64,000 nucleotides of DNA, from contig OX597831.1 of the NCBI GenBank assembly GCA_951406725.2, positions 59,272,001-59,336,000 of the forward strand. The letters are read 5' to 3'. Position 1 is the stretch's first letter. Every line of letters begins with the position of its first letter. This DNA is from Octopus vulgaris. Its lineage: Eukaryota. Shown here one piece after another: positions 13,005-24,532 of this stretch. A model generated the notes under the pieces. It was not told where the DNA came from. It searched no databases and saw only the letters and a list, made by a program, of their open reading frames with translations. The translations under genes were made by a program, and so were the position numbers.

Positions 13005-13042
13005 CAGTTGAAAAGGTCTCAAAATGACCGAAACCGGTACTG
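13005..13042 (+). ncRNA. Degenerate minimal type I hammerhead motif
   Basis: CAG-TTGAAAA-GGTC tcaaaat GACC-GAAA(13030-13033)-CCG-GTA-CTG; stems I and II pair perfectly, stem III is the palindrome ACCGGT; core differs from CTGAAGA by two transitions. Confidence 0.55.
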
Positions 13043-13090
13043 AAATGTTCTTTATAAAATTATTTTAGCATTTTCTATTTTGACTTGTTC

Positions 13091-13196
<106 letters not shown>

Positions 13197-13339
13197 ATAT
13201 ATATATATATACGTGTGTGTGTATGTATGTGTAAATAAATATATATATTATATATACATATATGCATGTAGATTCAACCAATATTATGTCCATATATATA
13301 TATATACTTTCTCTCCCCCCTCTCTCTCTCTCAGTCTTT

Positions 13340-13480
13340 ATATATGGTAAAATGCTTGCTTCCCAAACATATGTTTCAGGGTCTAGTCCCACTGCGTGGC
13401 ATGTTGGGCAAGTGTCTCTACTATAAACTCAGGTTCATCAAAGACTTGTAAGTGGAATTGGTAGAGAGGTACATTAGGAA

Positions 13481-13528
<48 letters not shown>

Positions 13529-13730
13529 GTATATGTATATGAGTTTTTGTCTCTAAGTCTGTATTTCTTCTCACATCATCGCTTGACACAGGTTTTGGTG
13601 TTTTACGTCCCTGTAACTTAGCGATTCGGCAAACAAGGCGGTTGAATTAGTACTGGGTTTTACAAAATAAGTCCTGGTGTCTATTTGTTTGTCTAAAACC
13701 CTTCAGGGCGTTGCTTCATTAAAAGGATAA
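13340..13730 (+). mobile_element. SINE family B, diverged near-full copy with internal (TA)n
   Basis: GGTAAAATGCTTGCTTCCCAA..AGTCCCACTGCGTGGCATGTTGGGCAAGTGTCT..CATCGCTTGACA..TAACTTAGCGATTCGGCAAA; aligns by eye with 29283-29715. Confidence 0.8.
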
Positions 13731-15159
13731 AGAATAACAGAATATATATTTCAAAACTACTTGCTGTGCTACCAGTTAAACGTTCATCAGGAGAGAAGGC
13801 AAGCCTCTCTCAGTACCTTCTGCTCGACGGAATTTATTATACATATATATATTTACATGCGCACATACATACACAGAGGAACAGGAACACAGGCACATAC
13901 GTACACATTCAGAGACAGACGCGCACATACACAGACATACAGAATCATGAACACGCACGCACACTTATAAGAAATGAATGAAGCTTGTTCAGTAGCACGA
14001 ATATTCGAAACAATGGGGAATAAATGAATATAAAGTACAAAAGTACAAAATGCGAATAATATTCATGTATTGAAACAATCAACGCTTTGAGAGATGGTAA
14101 ACAAATATCTGAACTAAAATTTTAGCTAACTTTGTGTAGGTGAGACAATCTCATCATCGCAAGTATATGCGAAAGTTACATTAAAGTAGTATGAAGTAAT
14201 ATATTCTTTGCCTAAATTATCAAATATCGTAAGGAGTAGCTTATAAATAAAATATATATTTAAATAAGAATAGCATTATAATACCTATTTCCATGAATAT
14301 ATTACCGTAAACCATAAATCAAAAGAGAGCATTCTACGATATTGTCCCTAGATGTTCACAAAGTAATTCTGAATTTTCACTGAGTTTCGAATTAGAGATT
14401 CAAATTCTTTAGAAATATAACTACAACCAATGTCGATATCATATAAATGACGCAAACAAAAATCAGTTTCTTTTCATCATAACCGCATAGTACAATACAA
14501 ATTGTTTGCGAGCAATCAAATTATATTATAGCAAACAAATTATATTGAAAATATGTTATATATATATATATAATGTAATAAATAAAATATATGCATGCAT
14601 ACAAACATGTATGTACGTACCTACATCTACATGTATATATACATGCATATATAAATATATATACGTGAGTACAGGACACTGCAACTAGACGTAAAACTCA
14701 ACGAAAAACGAAAACGGACAAGCCATATTTTTTCAACAAAAAAAACAGAGACGAAACGGAAACGGGAAAAACATAATTTTTTACAACAGAAAAACAAGGT
14801 ACAGGACAAACCACACAGGAAAAATCTCCAGTTCATCATCTGTCTCTAGCTAACTCAAGCGTGTTTCGAAGGATAAAACCGTACACGACTCGTCAACTAG
14901 TCCTTCATTGCGAGAGAATTAAAATAAAATTGCCTCGCATAGGGGCAAAAACAGACAAGAAAAACAGGTGACAAAAACAGGACGTAAAAACGATACAAAG
15001 GCAAAATAAAATACAAGATAAAGATACACGTACAAGAAAATACAAAACGAGAAATAAAAAGAAAATACAATACGAGAAATCAAAAGACAAGAAAACAAAC
15101 GAGAAAAACAAAACGAAAAGGCCTTTGTTTGGCAAGACGAGGATGCTGTAGTAGCAGCG

Positions 15160-15211
<52 letters not shown>

Positions 15212-15654
15212 GTATATATATATTTAACAACTGTATGTATATCAAAATTAGTAGTAAAGACACTTTTCACCAAATCGCGTAAATATTTTGCAACAAGTTG
15301 CTTAAACCACATACCGAAAATATTAGAAATAGCAGTCAAAGGGCTACTATTTCTTTCACTCCAAAAAAACCTTTATTACTATAATTATATAAATTTTTAC
15401 CGAATATGGTCCTTTTCCATACCGAAGTACTACTAGGTGAAATTTATTGATTTTATTAAATTAATTATATTTCACCCTTTATTATATATATATATATATA
15501 TATAATATTATATTAAATTAGAGATAAAACCACTATTAGGCAAATTAAAGAGTGAAAATCATAAGCCCCAAAAATATATAAAAAATATAAAATATTAAAT
15601 ATAAAATTCCAGATTAAACTATGAAATTAAATATATATATATATTCCTTTTATA

Positions 15655-15850
15655 TTCCTTTTACTTGTTTTAGTCATTTGTCTACGGCACAGCTGTAGCA
15701 CCAACTTTAGTCAAAGAAATCATCATTTGAATTATTCTTTTGAACACTAGTATTTATTCTATCGGTGCCATTTGCCGAACTGCTGAGTTGCGGGGACGTA
15801 AACCCACCAAAAGTGGTTGGCAAACCGATGATGTGGGGACAGACACAAAT
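15655..15850 (-). mobile_element. SINE family B, 3' fragment
   Basis: TTTTACTTGTTTTAGTCATTTG..TATTCTATCGGT..TTTGCCGAACTGCTGAGTTGCGGGGACGTAAAC. Confidence 0.75.
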
Positions 15851-15854
15851 TACA

Positions 15855-15952
<98 letters not shown>

Positions 15953-16033
15953 GAGATACATATATAGTTACCTATTTGTGTATATATACTGCATTTATAT
16001 CTATCTCTCGAAATATGTACATATACATGCATG

Positions 16034-16095
<62 letters not shown>

Positions 16096-16401
16096 CTAGA
16101 TATATATATATATATATATAGATAGATAGTTGTTACAAGGGATTACTCTAGTTGCTATGTAATAGTTTAGTACTCCTTCATCATTTCACAACCTATATGA
16201 ACGTTATATTTCGGTTATGTTTCAGCAGAATCATTGAATGAAGCATCTAGAGTAATGCGACCTCAAATAATTGGTTTTCAATTTGTTCAGGATATGGTTA
16301 TTTAATATATAAACAACTAATTATTTAACAAAATTCTACATGAAGTTTTAATTTGACGCACAGACAAAATGTGTATATATATACATACATACATAGACAT
16401 A

Positions 16402-16705
16402 TACAGCGTGCGGTGAATAAAACGTAGTCTAAATAATGCAAAAATGAAAATATTCACACACGATTTTAACAGATATATTTTATCAAATTCATATGAATAT
16501 ATCTTGAATAGTAAAGAGTAAATATATTCAATAGAATCACCATTGGCTTCAATCACTACCTCCATTCGATTTCGGAATATCCTGCAACTTTTGTGGACAG
16601 CCAACTTCTTTAACGTGGTGAATGCAGACATAATCCTTGCCTTCAGTTCGTCTTTTGGTGTCAGATGAAGTTTTGTTCTTCTCTCGTACAACTGCGCCCC
16701 ACACA
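16402..16705 (-). mobile_element. Tc1/mariner-superfamily transposon 3' end (transposase C-terminus plus likely TIR)
   Basis: KDELKARIMSAFTTLKKLAVHKSCRIFRNRMEVVIEANGDSIE resembles the Tc1/mariner C-terminal pattern (LK..I..A....C..F..R+..VI.A.G...E); TA-CAGCGTGCGGTGAATAA at ~16401 looks like a TA-flanked TIR. Confidence 0.7.
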
Positions 16706-17741
16706 TAATAATCAAGGAAGATGCAACCTGTATCTTTCTGTGTGTATGTGTGTGTCTGAGTGTGTGTTTAAAATTGCAGAAATATTACAGACTACAATTC
16801 TTATTAAAACTCTATCGAGCAAACCTTCAGAATCTAAAGAGAAATGTTTGAAAATATGGCATATAAAAGATAAACTGTTGGTGTGTTAAATGATGGAGAA
16901 AAATAAGTGAAAGTCGGAAGTGCTGATACAGAAACCTATAGAATAAAGTTCAAAAGAATAGCTATTTAGAAGTATGTTATGTGCTCTCTGCTGTCTTTAT
17001 CAGCACGTACATAGAATGAACTATAAAAAGGAAAATAAATAAATAAAGGAAGTGCAGTTCATTTATGTAATTAGAAGTTAGTTATGTTGGTACAAAAGGT
17101 AACTGAAGGATGATACTTGCAAGATACATTAAAAAAAATAAAACTCAAAAAATTAGTCGAAATGGCAGTGATATAAAGAAAGATAAATTCTGTTTGCAAT
17201 TTTTGTTTCTTTTATGGGGGATCAGTTAAAATTAGTTAAGTGATTTGAAGCGTATATGAGAACATAGAGAAGAGATTTGAAACATCCATTTTGAGAATAA
17301 TCTTTCAAATAATTCAGAAGTGTAAAGTTGATATGGTCTACTGAATTTGGAGTAAACTTTGTTGAAACGGATTATTTAATACTGATTTACATAGTTAATG
17401 TTAGTGGTGCTAATGATAACTGTGTTTGTAAAAGCATTTCGCTGTGATTCTAGCCATATGTGAAGAGTGGTCAAGTATTCAGTGTAGTGAAATCTAAAAC
17501 TAAATAAATTCAACACATCATTTAGATGTAGTGCTACGTTTTGCAGAAATATCTACTTTAGAATTGCAAATTTCTTTTTATAGACATTAAATTTGGTGAA
17601 TGAAATTGCATAAATATGAATTGGAATTTGCCTTTAATGTGATTCATGTTGCTTAACGATCGTGAGATGTTGGCTCTCGTATAAGAGTAAGGTTTTGTTT
17701 ACAAAAAGACTGGCATGGATGTAGAAACTGCTATGTACACA

Positions 17742-18036
17742 GTTCTATATTTAAGAGATGAGGAATTATGTACATTATTTACATTATTTACAATTGACGG
17801 ATATCTGTCCTCATCTTCTTTGTTGTCAACATAACGTTTCGGCTGATATAAGATGTTTTGGGGAATTTAGAACCTGGGTTCTCATTCCTAAGGTACTATT
17901 CGATGTTGTTGTTGATATCATTATTATTATTATTATTATTATTATTAATATCATTATTAATAATTATTATAATCGAACTCGGAATCTTGGGGTTAGTAGC
18001 ACGCGCTCTTCACCACTACACCATATGCACGTGGGC
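17742..18036 (-). mobile_element. Terminal repeat at the 3' end of the Penelope-like element: tRNA-like head, (ATA)n, hammerhead remnant
   Basis: Minus strand: A box TGGTGTAGTGG (18013-18023), B box GAGTTCGAT (17972-17980), (AAT)n, then CAGCC-GAAAC-GTT-ATGTT (17828-17845) with the CTGATGA half deleted; homologous to 39079-39420. Confidence 0.75.
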
Positions 18037-18059
18037 AATCATGGAGTGAATTTTAGGGC

Positions 18060-19060
18060 TTATAAATCTAATATTCTCCCATCTTTCCTTAATACCGCTT
18101 CCCATATGCTCTTCATATCTGCATTCGGTCTGCATAGGAGGTTCTTGTGTCCTAGCGTATGTGCTGCTTCTTTAAGCTTTCGTATCTTCCAGTGGTGTTC
18201 TCTGTCTATTATTCTAACTTCATCCCACAGGGGGAGATGGTCTCCATTTTTCCACACATGATCAGCTATACCCCATTTATCAATATCTCCCCGTGTCTCA
18301 GATTTGCGATGTTCCTCTAACCCTATTTTGAGGGGCCAGCATGTTACGACTTTGTATAACCTACCACAGCTGCATGGGATAGAGTACACGTAGTTCTTAT
18401 TCATATTCTCTTCTATTGGTCGTTTTACTCGGAGACATTTTCAAAATGTTGCATTACTTTTGAATACTGTCCTGATGTCATATGGGTCGCATATCTTTTG
18501 TATCTTTCCGGAGAGGCTTTTCACATAGGGTAGATAGACTGTGGACAGTTTGTCGGTTTGATCCTCTCTTTTCATCTTAATTGGCGTGCAGAGTATGCTT
18601 TTGGGATAGTAGCTGCTTAATAGATTTTTACTGAGCTTAAACGTTTCTTCGTGGTGGGTATCACGATGGCTACATATATTTATTGCTCGATGTTTTAGGC
18701 ACTAAGCAATCCCTCTCTTTACACTGTATAGATGGTGGGAGTTGAAGTTGCGATATGGTCCGGTGAAGGTCGGCTTGCGGTATACGGATGTCCTGAATCC
18801 ATACTTGGTGCGTGTTATTAATACGTCCAGGAATGCTAGCTGATTGTCTGTTTCTATTTCTGTTGTGAACTGTATTGATGGTTTATTGAGTTCAAATGAT
18901 CTAACAGCACTTGGACATCTTCTTGGTGGGGCCAGAGTATGAAGGCCTCATCAACATATCGCAGCCATATTGTTGATTTTAGTGGTGTTGATCCTAAAGC
19001 CAAATTCTTAAAGTATTCCATGTACATATATGGCGAACCCATAGCTAAACACTCTTGTTG

Positions 19061-19098
<38 letters not shown>

Positions 19099-19440
19099 TG
19101 TCGATATTGAAGTAGGTAGATTCTACACAGAAGGTCAACATTTCAATCAAGTTTCTTATTGATATACTAGTGCGTTCTTTTAGATGAATGTCTGTCACTA
19201 GTTTTTCTTGAATCACCGATAGTGCTTCACCAGTTGCGACTTTCGTGAACAGATTTATCACATCTAGACTCACCATCTGGTTGGATTCAATGGTGGTATC
19301 CTTGATGAATTCTGTGAAGTGGGTAAAATTCTTCACGTACGATATTCACTTTCCTGCTTTGAAATTGTCCTCATTCTTGGTTTCTGATATTACTGGCCTT
19401 TCTAGCATGTAAGGTGTCTTGTTAAAAGCCACTTCTCTGG
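18060..19440 (-). mobile_element. Penelope-like retroelement (RT + GIY-YIG endonuclease), disrupted, 5'-truncated
   Basis: RT motifs MVSLDVINLFTKV, QQECLAMGSP, WLRYVDEAFILW, then LAFLDVLITR..TSVYRKPT..NFNSHH; C-terminal NYVYSIPCSCGRLY..LKIGLEEHRK..GIADHVW..RKLKEAAH (GIY-YIG). A (TA)n is inserted in the RT. Confidence 0.92.
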
Positions 19441-19594
19441 AGTATAAATATGTAAATCAATTGTACACTACTATATATATATATATGTTTGTGTGTGTGT
19501 ATACACATATATATACTTATATATATGTCTATGTATATTTGTATATATATACATATATAAATACACATATATATATATACCTAAATATAAATAC

Positions 19595-19629
<35 letters not shown>

Positions 19630-19648
19630 TGTATTTATATTTATGAAC

Positions 19649-19705
<57 letters not shown>

Positions 19706-21274
19706 TAGATATACAGTGAGATGGAGGATGAGAGAAGGAGATAGAAACTGATAATTAATGATATACACATACACGGTGACTGACATACACGTATATAAAT
19801 GTTGTGAATATGGTCTTACCTCTAGTTATTAGTTTTAATCATCAATAGAATTTCTCCAAACAGCCTGAATGGATATTGAAATGCAATATAACCAAAATCT
19901 TAGACGTGTTAGTATTTTATATTCTTTGAATATTCGAGACAGAATAACAACGAACGTGGATAATGTATCGTATAAAGAAAGATTATGTCTGTCCAATATT
20001 CGTATCAATAAAGAATCTGACGTAACTCCTGTATCAGATGTTTTTCTGCCATATAATAAAATCTCAGCAATGTTGCTATCAACACTTCTAACAAGATTAC
20101 AGAGAAGACTGTTTTATTGGTGCTTATTAACAGAAATTTATTTCCTTTGGCCCGGAAGAATAGACAGTTTCTCTATGCCTGGTAGTCATGGGGGAAAATG
20201 GATGGTATGTTTAACAAAACTGAAAGGACTGAAGGAATACGCTTTCCTCTTTGAGAGGCTCTCATAAACTTATTCAAGTTCTACTTGGATAAAAAATGTG
20301 AGGAAGAAGGAAGATGAATATACTGCTCTATATTGAAATAGCTGATACGTGTACAAATAAATATTAAAATATTTTACCACTAGTTTGACAAGCTTGCGCC
20401 CACATAAGTAGAAAAAAAAATAACATATATATCTATAGACGGAAGTTTAAAAATATCTTTGTGCAGAACACAATCAAATGTCGATATAAGAAAAGCTGAT
20501 CATGCAGAATGAAGAACATGATCTTGCAAGTCATCGTTCCAGTCAAGGTTATCTTTACTTGTGTCTTTGATAAAAAAAAAATCTTGTGACTAACATATAT
20601 CGTGAAATGTTGGAACGATATACACCGCCGCCTACTTGTTGATACACACTCATATGAAAGTTTCCACATCTCTAGGCTGAGGCCTAAATTGAAAGACAGT
20701 GTTTTTGATCATACATAAACTTGGATTTAAGTTCACACAGATTATTTTCATTATTGATTTTTGCAATAATATTACACAAGTTATCTGAGAATAACCCGGA
20801 AAATAAACAAAAGCGTTATGTTTTCTTTACATTTTCAAATATAATGTTTGAGACTTGTAGACATTTTGTCTTCAAAGGAATGCTACATTGTAAAAAAAAA
20901 AGACAAGCAAACAAAACAGTCTGTTGATTTATAATAGAAAAACTATGAAAAACAACCTTCCAAGAAAGTTTATATGGTGAAAATTTAAATATTAAGATAA
21001 CATGTTGAGAATGTTATCAAAGCAAAGAGAAGAAAACGAAAGGTATGTAACAAGTACACTAAAGTGAGTATGTCACAGCTGGTGGAAAATAATGAAGTCA
21101 GATTAAGAAGGCAACTTTTGGCAGATAGCATTTTATCATCAAAGTAGCGGTGCATTAACGATTACGCCATGTAGCTCAAATGGCGATTTTTTTTGACTCA
21201 GTGGATTTGAATACTACGCAAGCAGAAACACGGCCAAATATCTCTTTGCTAGCATTTTAATATGAATATACATG

Positions 21275-21442
<168 letters not shown>

Positions 21443-21574
21443 GCCTGTCAATTTAACTATTAATATATGTATAGGTGTGTCTGTATGTATGAAAGAGAGA
21501 CAGACAGACAGACAGAGAGGCAGACAGAGGGAGAGAGAGAGAGATGGGGAGAGAGAGTGAGTACTCTCTCTCTT

Positions 21575-21705
21575 TTTACTCTTTTACTTGTTTCAGTCAT
21601 TTGACAGCGGCCATGCTGGAGCAACACCTTTAGTCGAGCATATCGACCCCGGGACTTATTCTTTGTAAGCCTAGTACTTATTCTATCGATCTCTTTTTGC
21701 CGAGT
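21575..21705 (-). mobile_element. SINE family B, 3' fragment
   Basis: TTTTACTTGTTTCAGTCATTTGACAGCGGCCATGCTGGAGC..AGTCGAGCATATCGACCCCGGGACTTATTCTTTGTAAGCCTAGTACTTATTCTATCG. Confidence 0.85.
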
Positions 21706-22221
21706 GTCTATATTCCGATTTCAGTATCTGAACCATGTGGTCGAGAAAGTTTCTTTTGCTATATACGTGTATGTGTACATATGTTTTGTGTCTGTGTTTG
21801 TCTTGCAACACAACCGCTATTGGTTTGTTTTCGTCTTCATGTCTTCTCGATTCTGAAAATGTTTAAAAATAGAATAAACACTTCATTAGACAAAAAGCAT
21901 TCAAAGCCGTGTCCGTAATTGGCACAGCCTAATGCCTGAAATGAATAAAAGGTTATACATATATATATATATGTATGTATATATCAGGCAGGATGTGTGT
22001 GTGTTGTACGTGAATGTAATTTATGCACGTCCACAATTTAGCACGCATGTCGCTCCAATTTTAGGAGGACATAAGTCACGACCATGGATGTGCTTTTGTC
22101 AATTTATTTTTCCCGAGACACCCGTGGATAGCGGTAAACATCGATTTTCAACCATAACATTTAGCAAATTTGAACGTCGGTGAAATCTCTAAGTTTGCTG
22201 ACATGAGTTGTCCGCTTCTAG

Positions 22222-22892
22222 CAATGGCAAGGACAAGGTGTGTGTTGATGTGGGTGTTTTGTGTATGTGTGTATGTGTGAGGGAGAGAGAGGGAGAGTGA
22301 GAGCGTACATTTAAAAAATTTATTTTTCGTTGCATCTTATTTGAGTGAGTGGTTGACTGAGAGAGAGAGTCATAGCATAACGCCCTCCCTCTCTCTCTCT
22401 GTCAAACACACTAAATTGACGCAAGTAAAATGAAATTTTCTCTATCTCTCTCTTTCACCCACACACACACACACTAGAGCACACAATTCCCCTTCTCTCT
22501 CTCTGTTTCCGACAACACACACCTCTCCTCTCACTCACAAAATGATGCGAGGAGGAATACATTTTAAATATGTACGCTGTGTGTGTGTTTGTGTGTGTGT
22601 TTGTGAGGGAGAGATTGACTGCGTACATTTAAAAAATTTTTTTTTCTCGCATCTTTTTTGAGTGTGTGAGTAATTGACCGCGAGAGAGGGAGAGAGAGAG
22701 ATGTGTTGTCGGAAAGCGAGAAAGAGAAAGTGTGTGTTACTGTCTGAGTGTGTGTGTGTGAGAGAGAGAGAGAGACAGAGAGATAGCGTAAATTTTATTT
22801 ATTTACGTTTTCTCGCATCGGATTTTAGTGTGTGTTTGACTGAGAGAGAGAGAGAGAGGGAAAGACAAAGGGGCATTACGTTATCACACACA

Positions 22893-22933
<41 letters not shown>

Positions 22934-23130
22934 TCACTCACTCTCTCTCTCTCTCTCTCAGTCAATCATTCACTCAAAAAGGATGCGAGAAAAAATAAAT
23001 TTAAAATTACGCTTTCACTCTCTTTCTCCCTCACACAAACACACACTTCAACACATACATTCTTCCTCTCTCAAACACACACTTTCTATCTCGCACCCTA
23101 CCATCAGCATATACACACGTCCCTGTCATT
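22222..23130. repeat. ~900-bp imperfect palindrome (foldback) built from a repeated ~50-bp module and GA/CA microsatellites
   Basis: Ends AATGGCAAGGAC..GTGTGTGTTGATG..GGGTG vs CACCC..CATCAGCATATACAC..GTCCCTGTCATT; module GCGTACATTTAAAAAATTT..TCGCATC..TGAGTG recurs at ~22300, ~22620, ~22790 and inverted at ~22540, ~22970. Confidence 0.75.
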
Positions 23131-23459
23131 TTCTCTATCATTCATTTTATGCTGACATCAAATGAAATGTACGTTTCCACATGTAAAGAGAAATAAAATT
23201 TTTTACGGAATTTATCGAACGCTGTACCCCAATAGCTGATAGATCATTGACAAGTCTGCGACTCAAAACAAAGGATAGTCCTCGCCGAAACTTATCTCCT
23301 ATTATAATATCTTCGATGATATAATGATAACAGAAATAAATCACTGCTTTAATCCCCACCACAAAAAAATAAAACCTACCATCCAATTAGTGGAACACCT
23401 CAAAACAACAACTCAAATAGGATAAAGAGTACACGTATCACAACAACAATAACACCAAG

Positions 23460-23501
<42 letters not shown>

Positions 23502-24174
23502 GGTGTGTGTATGTGTGTGTGTGTAGACTTACAATATATTCTATTGTTAAGAACATTTTACACAATCATTTAATAAAAATCAAAAGGGGATAAAGAGTAC
23601 ACGCTTTATCCGCCTAAACAGTGCAACGGGACCCACTTCGTAATCAAGTCCCTTTCGCCCCACCTTATTGCTACGGGGTGCGAGAAATCAACCCGTTACC
23701 TCTACGCTAATCCGGTCTTTCTGATAAAATGTCACAACAAATTGAGCCTATAGCTTGTCTCCTGTATCTCATTTAACTGTTGTATTTTTCTACTACAGGT
23801 ACTGGGGAAGATGTATATGGGGGTGAATAGGTGTAAATATTTCTGCCAACGTTTCGACCGAATTCTTATATTTGAAATTGCAGCATGTAGAAGTACCCCA
23901 CGATATTTAGTAATATGTTTATTCGATTTGTTGTTTACAAATTCAGGCGCTATTTTCATATGTTCCGTGTAGATTTCAAGTGTTGTTTAATTCATTTGTG
24001 TTTCTCCCTTTGTTGTCAATGTCTCTTCCTACGAGAGTTCCTCTTTTGTCCTACAGATTAATAGTGATATTACAGAAAAATAATTGATGCTTTTTGTGGA
24101 TATTGTACTTGGTGCTTTTCATCGATATTGTTGAGTCATATGAGTTTACAACTTCAGATATTGTAGCTACTGCT

Positions 24175-24532
24175 GTTGCTGTTGAGTGCAGCGGTCTTCG
24201 TCCCATGTAGTGGGAGAAGTCGGAAACGTGGTCATTTACTATTCGTAAGCCCCGCAGCAGAGAAAGCAGGTCAACCTCCGACACCGAGAGCATCGACGGA
24301 TGGATGAATGCGTATCAAGGCTCAGCGGTTGCGTAGGAATTCGGGGACAAGGAACAGGAAGAAAGAGTGAGAAAAAAGAGTACAACAGGGGTCGCCACCA
24401 CCCCCTGACGGAGCTTCGTGGAGCTTTAGGTTTTTTCGCTCAATAAACACATACAACCCCCGGTCTGGGCATCGAAACCGCGATTCTCCGACCGCGAGTC
24501 CGCTGCCCTAACCACTGGGCCATTACGCCTCC
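24175..24532 (-). mobile_element. tRNA-derived SINE family A, full length, tail type 2, with 15-bp TSD
   Basis: Minus strand begins GGAGGCGTAATGGCCCAGTGGTTAGGG..GGTTTCGATGCCC and ends in CAACAGCAAC; TSD ATTGTAGCT(A/G)CTGCT at 24160-24174 and 24533-24547. Confidence 0.9.

Noticed and set aside
19869-20267. 132-aa ORF with a possible AG..GTATGT exon at ~20134-20203
   Set aside because: No recognisable protein motif and no partner exons; cannot be supported without transcript data.
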